Shown here one piece after another: positions 43,501 through 50,488 of a stretch of DNA of 52,691 nt (position 1 is its first letter; each line of letters begins with the position of its first letter). Location of the stretch: positions 1 to 52,691 of the IMG/VR virus record IMGVR_UViG_3300012920_000056; one strand, 5' to 3'. The DNA comes from a virus (Duplodnaviria; Caudoviricetes). The translations under genes and the position numbers were made by a program. Under the pieces are notes generated by a model that worked only from the letters and a program-made list of their open reading frames with translations, had not been told where the DNA came from and did not search any database.

Positions 43501-44882
43501 TTAGTGATGATTTTACTTCTGATAAGTCAACTGTAAAAAGACTTTCATTATATGATGAGTATGGAGCAATTCGTACAAGCGATCCCGTGTTGCAAAAAAA
43601 TGAAGTAGTGAAAAGATTTTTTCAAGCCGAGGAGATTAATCCATTTGCATTTATTGATGGCGATAACACTACTCCATTTGGTGCATTAAAATTTGCAATG
43701 GGAGATCAGTTAAAGCATGGCAAGAATGTAAATTTTGAAGAGAATTTAAGAGATACAAGTGATCCATTAGCAGCCCTTAATATACCAAAAATAGAAAGTG
43801 TATCTGTATCTGCTGGCAGATTCATTAATAATGCATATGACGAAGCTGGAAATATTAAAAATATTTATGCTCCATTTGGATACACAAAAGAACACGCCGT
43901 TGATTCTCCTGTAGGTGCCGCAGCTAGTGATCCTGATATTGTCACAAGATTAGAAGAAGCTTTAAAGGCATATAAAACACAAACAACAAATGAAGGAAAC
44001 GTTAACGCTCGTGGATTTGTTCCAAATTTCTCTGCTGTAGCTGGAGAGATTATCGCTTCCAAAGCTGCAGGATACAATACCCCAGTCACATCTTCTCAAG
44101 TAAAAACTATGAGTATTCCTGGAGTTGGCAAGACGGCTTATAATACTCAGGAATCAGTTTTTAAATTACCAGGCATGACTCAACCTTTTATTGCGCCACC
44201 GAGCGACTCCGATGCAGCTAAACCATATAAACAGGAAGTACAAAAGAAATTTAATTTCAACCCTTATCAAAAAACTGCTGCTGATGGATTTATTCCTAAT
44301 TTTGCCAGGGGTATGGATTTTACTGATTTTGAATCTGCAGTCTCAGCATTCAGAACTGTTACGAATGGATTTGGCAAGCATATATCTTCTTTTGGAAAAG
44401 TTATTAGCAGTTTAGATTTTAAACAGTTTGCCACTGCATCAAGTGAAATTCAACAAGCAGCAAAAACATTTTCAGCACAATCAGATAACTTTAAACAAGC
44501 GGCAGAAAAAATTAGAAGTAGCGCAGATAAATTCAGCAGTCAATCAGCTCAAGCTCCTGAAATAAATCTTGGCGGATTAAATAGCGCAGTTGCTAAATTT
44601 AGTGGGGGTATCACGCGCTTATCAAATAAACTGGATAAAAAATTACAAGTTGATGCGGGATCAATTAATACTGCATTAGACAAATTAACAACTGCATTAG
44701 GAAAAATACAGGGTAGCATTCAAGTAAAAGTACCTGATGTCAATGTTAATGTACAAGGAAATGTATCTAGCGCTGTTAGCTCGGCAATAAAATCAGAAAT
44801 ACCTACCGCTGTCAAAAACGCTTTGGATAGTGCAAATATAGAAGGCTTAGTGCAAGATAAAATAAGAGAATTCATGCAATAA
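31545..44882 (+). CDS. giant modular tail tape measure protein (4445 aa) with repeated GFIPNF linkers and cargo domains
   Basis: N-terminal TP901-type tape-measure domain (LFDVAKNTGQSF...ELSRQG...GNAFKSIFTRL), TM-like segments, 16 GFIPNF-type motifs. Confidence 0.9.
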   Translation: MALGRGNIEIDIRGNVDTAGIARQVTAAEKQIRPLNISLNDKGFRQPLGRISGDIAEFQKSLDASVARTLAFGAAVGVINAVSDGFKSLVQSAVEVEKALTDINVILNLNSGGLQNFSDQLFDVAKNTGQSFQTIAEAAVELSRQGLGAEETLSRINDAMILTRLSGMDAAKSVETLTAAINSFGDTALTTTSLVNKLASVDAAFAVSTEDLANALARSGASAQAAKVDLNELLAAVTSVQQITARGGSVIGNAFKSIFTRLQRSGVREALEEIGVATTDAAGNIRGALDILQDYATVYGTLTDSQRAYTDELVAGVFQINNLRALVKDLGSDYSIYQRALEESNGATDQAVRRNEKLQKTLSSLINESAANAKELASSLGELIATPGLENLLEIFNSIAGALRESLDPEQGFSLIRTMFDSIGRFISGPGLVIIGAAFIKLFKFITQQSLKAVQEVFKIGSAANKVADAEAKIGFLLKNNRTLYEAISNEALTHEQREELVLQTIKQQNRAYEQQQALISRLAKARTVQSAVNVTSKAQGFIPRASKGYMPHFAEGTDFSPNKLRKGKEKAKASGFIPNFSSEIEGAIHAEKSAISAGVGGASKSAKPKVLKNFPMGGGKRQTIVANTDEVIVPRFGGGTGSAIFNQEMIKKAGMPGDAIPVSNGYIPNYAQSKLQTDKVFQDLLSDFQGVDVDVQRDMSGFGMLTAKGKRGNLETTRKPGFSREDKLKIIDSIGGSKLNKDDKSFLLTTIGGKKKTRFSNIPAQTIESADPEKISGKVGALNNLINPHIADAVAEVATNIYTRVLGDEVSAQNLVKNVRASANADQGIVSKGAQGAIFESAIRLGSKESAKNLAKDDKDAIWDFEESSAMSADLKALFFPTSNIYKADAKRTGDQNNLREVVDKAYKADFSDQLREIYARNWSPIVSAAAKVAPSKQKTERKRTGTNLAGGFIPNFITSIPDDAIRPFQASKDFFIPPKENDSIKTEKVSVLEPGEARLGKGKAGGQRADGRDVFQALIDIEYDRRNIEEFEKISNPIANKLIDGNVEWLNKIEKTSSKLIDRNLADPSNIQGIQTQVSNLQLIKKAKSKGIKAQDIVAGKSAKGTAKQKKYWEKYQTTIKNGKFKDQKFMEKGIRDKVKGAIGEYAAAIKEGTTVNTKNSYFDLVNGKEVKTKRTTPASNLLKKGANEYLKTLSEKNNLFNQRTDNKKLNKITVIMPRDGSVNFQAADGFIPNFFGDKIGWKIDKAKGDYAITGSNSKLSGFSSYLKEVSEKDSKIVSPRAAEMFEKRVKEVNAQHLKDKEETSRRSPIGFGRQGAKHYAAMDAVSRRERSVSTKGLFIKDLGKHVKQYNKHDIFAVDKFGSYDSFFGEGYIPNLINRPLTTKEPTQPRKLDLHWISSVESSGTSELRRIYKDIEQSAKVGKPYTQIDAGFVVGPRIPKILVEGHKLLNKSRASGKNIPKMKLNGVMTPGDITKYIYRNKEKLAAGDKFTTKADYMPGEEKEVEKYLKIMGLNPSSFNSVDLDEIQMFRNGFAGGFIPNFANQVYDKDKIQPQEAGEILQNILSNKKKKDLLIGPSGVGKSTLAAKYGEFIKSIEDAKEASSYTILSGAGKTKAGGMSPALLKIIEAVNGSGGKVSYLSADDKTIEERREKRISKPLKGDLRSEGQLKGTRFAPKNQPDFANVVKRAANRFEIINAAQGVIPNFALSNSMIEGLRAKLRPGSGATEAEKKNARKILDKEERSTSFIKDAAIIDDLQFSKKQVQGAIADVTEKRNSLNLDSQPIAIEQKDITKFAEEYIKKVNRAKRAFTNEKLFGTPLSTSEISMALKGQGGYQRGKYIPKHFKNMADGYIPNFANFVPNYVMPQRDFAKFSVAIARFNRKNLITPPLKALDSRELIKIPKRNPEVARETVENVRQFISSDEYRALDPGIQKEVQKHYNKIAIRTGVSDASRPFTRHSDPNFEGRIAAAKGLIPNFANELQEAIVREEQALKDQGSSAKVYVDQDNRLKDRKNPMGLLVANRRDEPGGGFQGVNRAMSMGMNPKVHGMASGYIPNYVAGGAIQSTNFDSSGFKKLTEQTQKAANQAKIGADKIRDLGKAAGDTGEASDNSMGRLLAFSIGLSTIESTLAQVGGPAFENFSLQATQASIAVAELGGNLTQALSKQLGSLGQTLSSKKGLGGVGGLLGGLGKTVGRLVPVIGPLSVAGGLLYDAYENGAFKTLGLYNKQKELIKSTTQYTKTLEEQQNKQAQSIEKVDKFSVVLSKLGKAAQEGNIDAYGKFLQELTEQAGELDNIDPTAFRELLNSAGDAKKLNEATQALKDLINQGSQLTNFQKDFADLTKEIAEADGDLDKVNAGKKIQEIGKTLVSGLNLDQMKQLVGGLADFDGSSQDSANTLLKLQSVFGNLDSETKSYIRQNEGLSKSLLLSVKSQAGYKVAADNLTQAYIKARSPVQNLNAEFSKLALAIDNSIKNIRASFSTLSEVGKIEAESRTKTLEATSVVTPQASAQGQAIADLARAQQEASQDIKTSLQSFASETIKSAEKNSQVLKGPIKTLVDGIKSGDVNLNAAISSLREIQQTGNAEQKDSATKALDTIRGANQEFISSQKVIDATLRAQLQESAIQSAIFRRENQLSEGQLKTLIEFNNASKTNLERLSGLKESIDLVRELGGNEDILAELKAGNRQRSELENLEAAFSKFTGQAFDAINLDDLESQVDSFIASDRFSELDTKTQSLVAALTGAFDKINKFELQDKGVSSAEDVGAAKTISTPDEAIKSLATEFETFSQTLATGLKLDPESIKSLSSTESIQSIAESIKSTSETNQQNLAKNAELQKAQTEALITAASKIDSSGSKLDSAAGALLEAAKTIRATSGTSASGFVPSFSANSQAVTRAITTERNLGGKPVVDYNSAVGTYVRDGNTQPNFAAVKRDHPEGLKRAAENSKTLQGMAASRGFVPNFFGSAAGVDFTGTGGNFNQSFEPTREQIIAGNSQEAREALEEKGYQAAISAAIIGNTGAFDKSLFLGSAMRLPFDRKPWRKILNTNEYAKKFYNSVYNAEQPSFSGADKIYTESTKQSFENLQKSFFESMEKESKLGNLWDVVLENKTTARKEFKKYFNQNKKLFTSFDLSKDAYDKNVYQTMSPLYNLRDQINNAYLHNAIGTVAGPLDKVPRLKSGLENPYSFKIPVTNGASLAYVPAVTSLYKQNFVSTGDYSRVPGFAKHVLLKNVADKIQDIHYRDDLVLPYDIKYNLKNEQGETISPTAFLDIDVTQGRKNTSSIRDQQNKITELDTLERVIQNKISANDQYIEKKKGDLYMLKNPLIDPDSGLMPVVTPPDQIKKLESHIKDVQDQKTIFQSQISKHKLAKEYIQKNLEYAHKYKNIPNEQFATNPIYLNDSGKEQKLKSWSSSKKNSSINNLSTWFHGLKLTTLKENNFKSLISGFKENVFNTEFNKNNSEAKKFIETAYNTVLPTALKNLSLTPKEDYSQAVQNTIDEIKNYKLKSPVMVEELKSAKTERQKKTIEKDAASSAKSQLESDTAIAESYSEDLFPQTFAESLKETETIIQGQEKSSDLLDLFHNAILGRSAESEYAAANANIGEIAERFARQKSMAEQATSNKKAFIENQIKGRKNVLPRYEKFAGNRTTPQQKKSAERAEILKREIRAIEKHAEIYDNSDAIKYIMFEDMRSPLLMDGKPIYPMIPTAPDDYAERFEKYEKIFERYQKYKDSGSFLKLNPNNQFANQPWSEDYARIHTGTFLDQFSQQNYDQRVETLKRLGADIKLRNSDTNPFFQLTQEQGRNDFLANLKNSATTLPEKYLYDRIGFLVANEWVGDVAKFGVTEKLSPTFKKLQTIGMPLLPNAETNYIPQIKLISAERIDGGPGTQEYSGPVVSELLTREVMTEAAKLQQAAFYEKNKKFYEDAGIKLLPEMLAGKKIEFNKYPQYLDWLAEKSGSGFKVSSFVNQMLNDTESVANFDSWRNKYVSDDFTSDKSTVKRLSLYDEYGAIRTSDPVLQKNEVVKRFFQAEEINPFAFIDGDNTTPFGALKFAMGDQLKHGKNVNFEENLRDTSDPLAALNIPKIESVSVSAGRFINNAYDEAGNIKNIYAPFGYTKEHAVDSPVGAAASDPDIVTRLEEALKAYKTQTTNEGNVNARGFVPNFSAVAGEIIASKAAGYNTPVTSSQVKTMSIPGVGKTAYNTQESVFKLPGMTQPFIAPPSDSDAAKPYKQEVQKKFNFNPYQKTAADGFIPNFARGMDFTDFESAVSAFRTVTNGFGKHISSFGKVISSLDFKQFATASSEIQQAAKTFSAQSDNFKQAAEKIRSSADKFSSQSAQAPEINLGGLNSAVAKFSGGITRLSNKLDKKLQVDAGSINTALDKLTTALGKIQGSIQVKVPDVNVNVQGNVSSAVSSAIKSEIPTAVKNALDSANIEGLVQDKIREFMQ

Positions 44883-44925
44883 TTTAATTAATTTTTTAAT
44901 GATATAATTATATAATATATATACC

Positions 44926-46806
44926 ATGGCTACCTCTGAAAAACCGCAAAAATTAGAATTCAATAATGTGATTTCTATGGGGGTATCATATTCATGGGAG
45001 AATATAGCAGGAGAGGGTAATGTAAAACCATGCGCGGATTTAAATAGAGGAGCGAATCTAGTAAAAAGAACAAAAAATGTTTCACTAGATGTATTAAATT
45101 TAGATTTATCAAATGCTGGTGATTCAGTCATTAATTTCATGGCTAATAACCAGTCGAAATATGTTGCTGGAAATTTAGTTGATATACACGCCAATGGCGT
45201 ATACGCAGGAAATGGCAAGCTGACAAATTATTCGATTAAAGAAGGCGGGCAAAGTAACGCTGTTGTTACTAATTTAAATTATGAAATGGTAAATGGCGGG
45301 CCTGACGATACAGAAGATTTAGACGAACAAGAAGATCCAATCGAAAGGTCAGAAACTATCACAGTATCGAGAGATATACTAGCACATTCTTATACTGTTG
45401 AGCATACATATTCAGTAAATTTTGGTAATGAATTTGATTTAGTGACTGATCATCCTTCATATGCTAATGATCCAAATTATGCAAGCGTTGAAGCAAGGTT
45501 GACTTTAGCTAATGATGAGGCAAATAAAGCTCTGAATTTAGAGCTAATAGATTACACTGATTATATTGACCTTGGCGGATTCGTAACTGAAAACGGTTGG
45601 GACGAAAAAATGCTTGAGTTAAATTGCATGGGAGCATTTTCAACGCATTCCGAGACCAGAGATTATATTAATGGCAATTACTCGCAAACACATACGAGAA
45701 TTCTTAGATATACTGGGCAAGATATCAATCCAAGCGATACAGAACCATATGAAATCGAATACACGATGTCTTTTGAGAGCAGAGAATTTGAGGAAGATAA
45801 AATTTGTGCAGTTGCTATAATGGAGGGTACTATTAGAAGTACCGCAAGTGAAGCATTTGGGAAATGTGGTAATAGTTTAGGGACTGCTGATGCTGCTCAA
45901 TCTGGATATGATAATTTCGTAACAAATGGAACAGCAAAAGGAGTCTTAAAAAATTGGTTTGATACAATAGCTCCTAGCGCAGGAGTAAATGAATCACTAA
46001 ATAATGTTATGGTAAATGCTTCTACCAAAGCTTGCGTACCTAATGTACAAAAAGGCAATGCAAAAAATAATGGTACAATTAATTTTAGCTTTGAAATGAA
46101 TAATTGCCCTGGAGAAAAAATGACCGAACCAGATGCAGAAGGCAATTCATATCCATACAGCGAAAGCATCACAGAAGGATATTCCTATTCAAAGCAAAAA
46201 GATTGCGACGGAAATTTAGTTGACGTCACTAATTCCACAATATCAATGTCAGTATCAGCTAATTCTTCATGCGCTCCAAATATTGACGAGAATGGCGACT
46301 ATAAATTAAATGAAACTATCGATTCAATAGAGCCCCCAGATAAACCAGAATATCAAGGCGAAAGACCAAAAGATAATAAAATACAATCAACATCTACCTC
46401 AAATAGCCCATATCAAGGAAGTAGCAGCTGGAGTATTACATATAGCGACGCAATCAAAACAGACGATTGCCAGGATAGGCAAAACACAAGTGCTGGAGAT
46501 TGTTACTCTTTTAAAGTTTCAGTGGGAAGTTCGGCATCTACAGCGCGCACAGTTTCTCAAGTCACATCAAATGGAATCAAGAATCAAACACAAGGAACAA
46601 ATGCAAAAACCAAATCAGTCTCCTTAACCCTGGACGCAAAAGAAAATTGTACCCCCGCCTTTACATTAGATGAATTAAAAGATGAAGCTATTGATATTTT
46701 AAACAGTAATAAACCAGCCTGCATTATCACAAGTTTAAATTGGAATTACTCAGTAAGTCAGGGTAGCCCACCATCTATGCAGGTAAACATGCAAGGAAGA
46801 GATTAA
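44926..46806 (+). CDS. tail tip / baseplate-region protein (626 aa, 12 Cys)
   Basis: Directly after tape measure; Ser/Thr/acidic beta-rich. Confidence 0.6.
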   Translation: MATSEKPQKLEFNNVISMGVSYSWENIAGEGNVKPCADLNRGANLVKRTKNVSLDVLNLDLSNAGDSVINFMANNQSKYVAGNLVDIHANGVYAGNGKLTNYSIKEGGQSNAVVTNLNYEMVNGGPDDTEDLDEQEDPIERSETITVSRDILAHSYTVEHTYSVNFGNEFDLVTDHPSYANDPNYASVEARLTLANDEANKALNLELIDYTDYIDLGGFVTENGWDEKMLELNCMGAFSTHSETRDYINGNYSQTHTRILRYTGQDINPSDTEPYEIEYTMSFESREFEEDKICAVAIMEGTIRSTASEAFGKCGNSLGTADAAQSGYDNFVTNGTAKGVLKNWFDTIAPSAGVNESLNNVMVNASTKACVPNVQKGNAKNNGTINFSFEMNNCPGEKMTEPDAEGNSYPYSESITEGYSYSKQKDCDGNLVDVTNSTISMSVSANSSCAPNIDENGDYKLNETIDSIEPPDKPEYQGERPKDNKIQSTSTSNSPYQGSSSWSITYSDAIKTDDCQDRQNTSAGDCYSFKVSVGSSASTARTVSQVTSNGIKNQTQGTNAKTKSVSLTLDAKENCTPAFTLDELKDEAIDILNSNKPACIITSLNWNYSVSQGSPPSMQVNMQGRD

Positions 46807-46813
46807 TTGTATC

Positions 46814-48382
46814 ATGGGCTTAATTTCTATAGGTGGCGTTAATCCTTTTAATGGGCAAAAGGATCCATATTTAACAATGGATTCAAGCATTGACTACAGT
46901 GAAAACCCTAACGGTCAAATTCAAAATACATATACATTACAAGGGTTATTGACTGGTTGCGACAAAAATACCTTAAACACATTGCGAGATAATTTAGTTC
47001 GCTCATTTGATTGGAAAGAAGATTCTACTATAACTGAAAATATCACAATAAATGGTATTGTATCAGCAAGTTCATCACAACAAATCATACCTACGTCTTT
47101 AGATTTTGAAGCTAGTAATTATGTTGGCGCACTATCTTATACATTAAAACTTCAAGTTTTTACAGGCTTTAATGAAGAGGCTATTGATGAAGAATCATTA
47201 ATCGACAAGACGCATACGGTAACTACTACAATTAATGAAAAAGGTTGCGTAAATTTTAATACTAATATATCATGCTCACCCAATCAAAATTTGACTGAAT
47301 GTGGAGCAATAGACGAAGCTAATAAATGGATTCAGAAGCAGCTAGGTCTAACAAAAATAGGTGAAGTGAATGCGCAGTCAACCTATCCTCTGCAAAATGA
47401 AAGCTTAACTATCAATCCAATAACCTCAGAAGTAAGTTATACAAGCGTCCATGGGCATATTTGTGACGACGCAGGGGAAAGAAATAAAGATGAAGTTCCA
47501 GGAGAAAGTGGACTGCAGATGGCGCAATGTATTGAAACAAATACTGAATATCCAGAATGTAAATCTGCAATTACCACATCAACTTATCAGGGGGAAATTT
47601 ATAAATTAGGAGCTTCTTCTGACGAGTTATTTCAAATTTTAAATGAACAGGTTTTGTCAAGTCACAAAGTAACAAAAAACATGAATGCTCAATATTCTGC
47701 TCCAGAAGGAAGTCTCACATATTCTTTTGAAACAAAAGAGGTAGATGGAGAACCTGCATACGAACCAGTTGACGAGATAATTAACGATTATACTGTTACT
47801 ACAAACACAAACGAAGATACAGGAGGAACTACAATATCTATTAATGGTACATATAGACTTATCAATCCTAAAGAGAAAACTAAAGATGATGTATTAGATA
47901 AGTCTGATGATGAAATAAAAAGCGAAGCTGAATCAAATGCAGGAGCAGGATCATTAACTTTACAAAGTAAAAGCATAACTACAAATCCTCAAGAAGGAAC
48001 TAAGAGTTATAGTTATAGCTGGGGCACTGACAATCCAGACGAAGATGGCCTTGACGGAGAAAAAGGGGTCGGCAGTTATTCTATTTCTGTAGCCCCGCCT
48101 ATAAATCAATACGAAATCGTACCAGTTTTAAATTGTGAAGATTATATCATTGACAAAGGTTATTCAAGTCAGGGAACAATATCAATTTCAATCACCGCTC
48201 AAGGCGCTGACGTCTCAGATAGCATTCAAAATACAATAGATAACTTACAGGGAGATTATGTGGCCAATATGACTATTACCGAAGATACAACAAGTACAGA
48301 TGGAAAAGTTACTACTAGAAATATTTCTGCAATTTATAATGGTAGTTCGTCGATTGATAAAAACGTAGTCAAGATTCTTTAA
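46814..48382 (+). CDS. tail tip / baseplate-region protein (522 aa, 8 Cys)
   Basis: Synteny; repeated NP..G..SYS-type units shared with upstream gene. Confidence 0.6.
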   Translation: MGLISIGGVNPFNGQKDPYLTMDSSIDYSENPNGQIQNTYTLQGLLTGCDKNTLNTLRDNLVRSFDWKEDSTITENITINGIVSASSSQQIIPTSLDFEASNYVGALSYTLKLQVFTGFNEEAIDEESLIDKTHTVTTTINEKGCVNFNTNISCSPNQNLTECGAIDEANKWIQKQLGLTKIGEVNAQSTYPLQNESLTINPITSEVSYTSVHGHICDDAGERNKDEVPGESGLQMAQCIETNTEYPECKSAITTSTYQGEIYKLGASSDELFQILNEQVLSSHKVTKNMNAQYSAPEGSLTYSFETKEVDGEPAYEPVDEIINDYTVTTNTNEDTGGTTISINGTYRLINPKEKTKDDVLDKSDDEIKSEAESNAGAGSLTLQSKSITTNPQEGTKSYSYSWGTDNPDEDGLDGEKGVGSYSISVAPPINQYEIVPVLNCEDYIIDKGYSSQGTISISITAQGADVSDSIQNTIDNLQGDYVANMTITEDTTSTDGKVTTRNISAIYNGSSSIDKNVVKIL

Positions 48383-50488
48383 ATGTCAAAGCGATTAATA
48401 GATCAAACGGTACAAGATTTAAATCTTAGTGGGAATCTTAAAATTTTTTATGATTTTAATGACTATAGCGGATCTTACATTAATAATGTTGGAAATTCTG
48501 ATACTCAACATTCTGGGGAAATAATGAATTACAACTCTGATTTTAGTGGTCAAGCTAGTGGTTCAGGGTTTTTTAATAATCAATATATATCTATACAAAA
48601 TTCATCGGATATAACTTCAGAAGCGGCTACAATCATTTTCTCACAAAGAAAAACTGGCGTTTCAAATGGAGTAATTTTTAGTCATCTTGACCCCAACGGA
48701 CCATCTGGCTGGGAGATAGGAATCAATCAGGCAAATAAATTATATTATAAAAATTACGTTAATGGATCCCCTAATTATGAAACATTAGATTCATATATGT
48801 CAGACCAAAACATTTGCGCTATATCTGTCTCTCAATTTGGTGTGGGTGGTATATTCAGATTAAACTACGAAAATAAATTAAAGCAAGGAAGAGAGTATGA
48901 TTTCATACAAAGTAGTGACCCAAAAAGTAAAATAAAATATTATGATTTTGATTATAAAAATTTTAATTTACCCGCTCACTCAATATCAAATGGAAGTAAT
49001 TGGAATATCGGATCTGGAGAATTTTTATATAAAGGATATATAGATAACTTGTTATATTTTGATAGAAAATTAAATAACGATCAATTAAGGCGCTTGTCTT
49101 ATGCAATATATTCTGACTTTAGTATTACCCCTGAAACATCAGGAATACGGTCTGGCACAATTACTGGATACCAGGTCACAGCAAGCGGAGTTAGTGGAGA
49201 AGTCGGGAAACCTTTTATTGTAACTGGTACAGGTTATAATTCTGGTTACTATACCTATACTTCGGGAGTGCCCCTAACAGGAACAGTAGGAATTTCAGGA
49301 TACGTATATGTTCCTAAGACAGGAATAGATACAGTGAGTGGTACAAATCAAGTCGCTCAAAATATATATAAAAAAGTTCATAATTTATCAAATATATTTG
49401 AAATAGATGGAAGTGTTACGTCAACTGGATTATCGAATTATTATTCATCTGGCGATTACTGGGAATTCAGCGGTAGCAGCGGAACTTTCAAAGGTGAAAG
49501 CGCAGCAGGCTCTAGTGACACAATTTTTGGGATCACTGGTTTTGAAACTGTCACGCTTACAGGATATAAAAGTGGCTATGGAAACACTTTAGTAACAACA
49601 GGAAGCAATACTGGATTATTATATAATGTATTTACAAAGAGCGGAATAAGATCTCCAAATAAATATTATAAAATTTCAGAAGAAACAATCACTTATAGTA
49701 ATGATTTAAACCCAGAATATTACGCTAATTCAATTTCATTAATAGGAGAAAATAATGAAAATTATTTATATGATTTAGTATATGACGCTTTTGAGTATGA
49801 GGATTTAAATGAGACCCCAGAGCTCAGAAAACATCCTGCATATAAAAAACTATTTCCAAAAATTACTGGCTCAGTTGATCCGCATTATTTAAATTTTACA
49901 ATTAATGGAGTAAGTCAGTTCACAGGCGCAATCACTTTTAGCAAAAATCAATTTAACTTTCCAATTTATAATGTTAATACTGGATTTAATATTATAAAAA
50001 ATGAAATGTTCACTAATACAATTTTGGAGGCTAATGATATATTAATTTATGATACAATACATAGTGGAAATAGAAATAGCTTTCATGTTACTGGATTGAG
50101 CCAGTATGCCTCAAGACCTTTTACATCTTTTAATTTTGAAAATTCAGATGTATTTTTGAATGGGGTAAAACTATATTCAGGATTAGATTATATTGATAAT
50201 GGCGGATTTTATCCAATTAATAATTCAACTGGAACCTTAGGTTTATATTTTACTTACCCAAAATACAGTGGATCTTATTCTTTTACGGGGTATGGGAATA
50301 CAGGAATTAATATTGATCATGACGCAATTAATCCAGATTCATATACAATTTTTTATAACGGAGTCAGACAACCGAAAGATAGGATTATTCCACATGCAAG
50401 ATATTCAGATCTAATTGAAGGAGTAGTAATAAAAGAATCTAATAATTTAATATATTTTACGTCTGACGGAAAGAAACAAAAAATATGA
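48383..50488 (+). CDS. LamG/concanavalin A-like domain tail protein
   Basis: IFYDFND, SGWEIGIN, WNIGSG, YKGYIDNLLYFDRKL; SG/TG-rich middle; repeated NGV units. Confidence 0.65.
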   Translation: MSKRLIDQTVQDLNLSGNLKIFYDFNDYSGSYINNVGNSDTQHSGEIMNYNSDFSGQASGSGFFNNQYISIQNSSDITSEAATIIFSQRKTGVSNGVIFSHLDPNGPSGWEIGINQANKLYYKNYVNGSPNYETLDSYMSDQNICAISVSQFGVGGIFRLNYENKLKQGREYDFIQSSDPKSKIKYYDFDYKNFNLPAHSISNGSNWNIGSGEFLYKGYIDNLLYFDRKLNNDQLRRLSYAIYSDFSITPETSGIRSGTITGYQVTASGVSGEVGKPFIVTGTGYNSGYYTYTSGVPLTGTVGISGYVYVPKTGIDTVSGTNQVAQNIYKKVHNLSNIFEIDGSVTSTGLSNYYSSGDYWEFSGSSGTFKGESAAGSSDTIFGITGFETVTLTGYKSGYGNTLVTTGSNTGLLYNVFTKSGIRSPNKYYKISEETITYSNDLNPEYYANSISLIGENNENYLYDLVYDAFEYEDLNETPELRKHPAYKKLFPKITGSVDPHYLNFTINGVSQFTGAITFSKNQFNFPIYNVNTGFNIIKNEMFTNTILEANDILIYDTIHSGNRNSFHVTGLSQYASRPFTSFNFENSDVFLNGVKLYSGLDYIDNGGFYPINNSTGTLGLYFTYPKYSGSYSFTGYGNTGINIDHDAINPDSYTIFYNGVRQPKDRIIPHARYSDLIEGVVIKESNNLIYFTSDGKKQKI

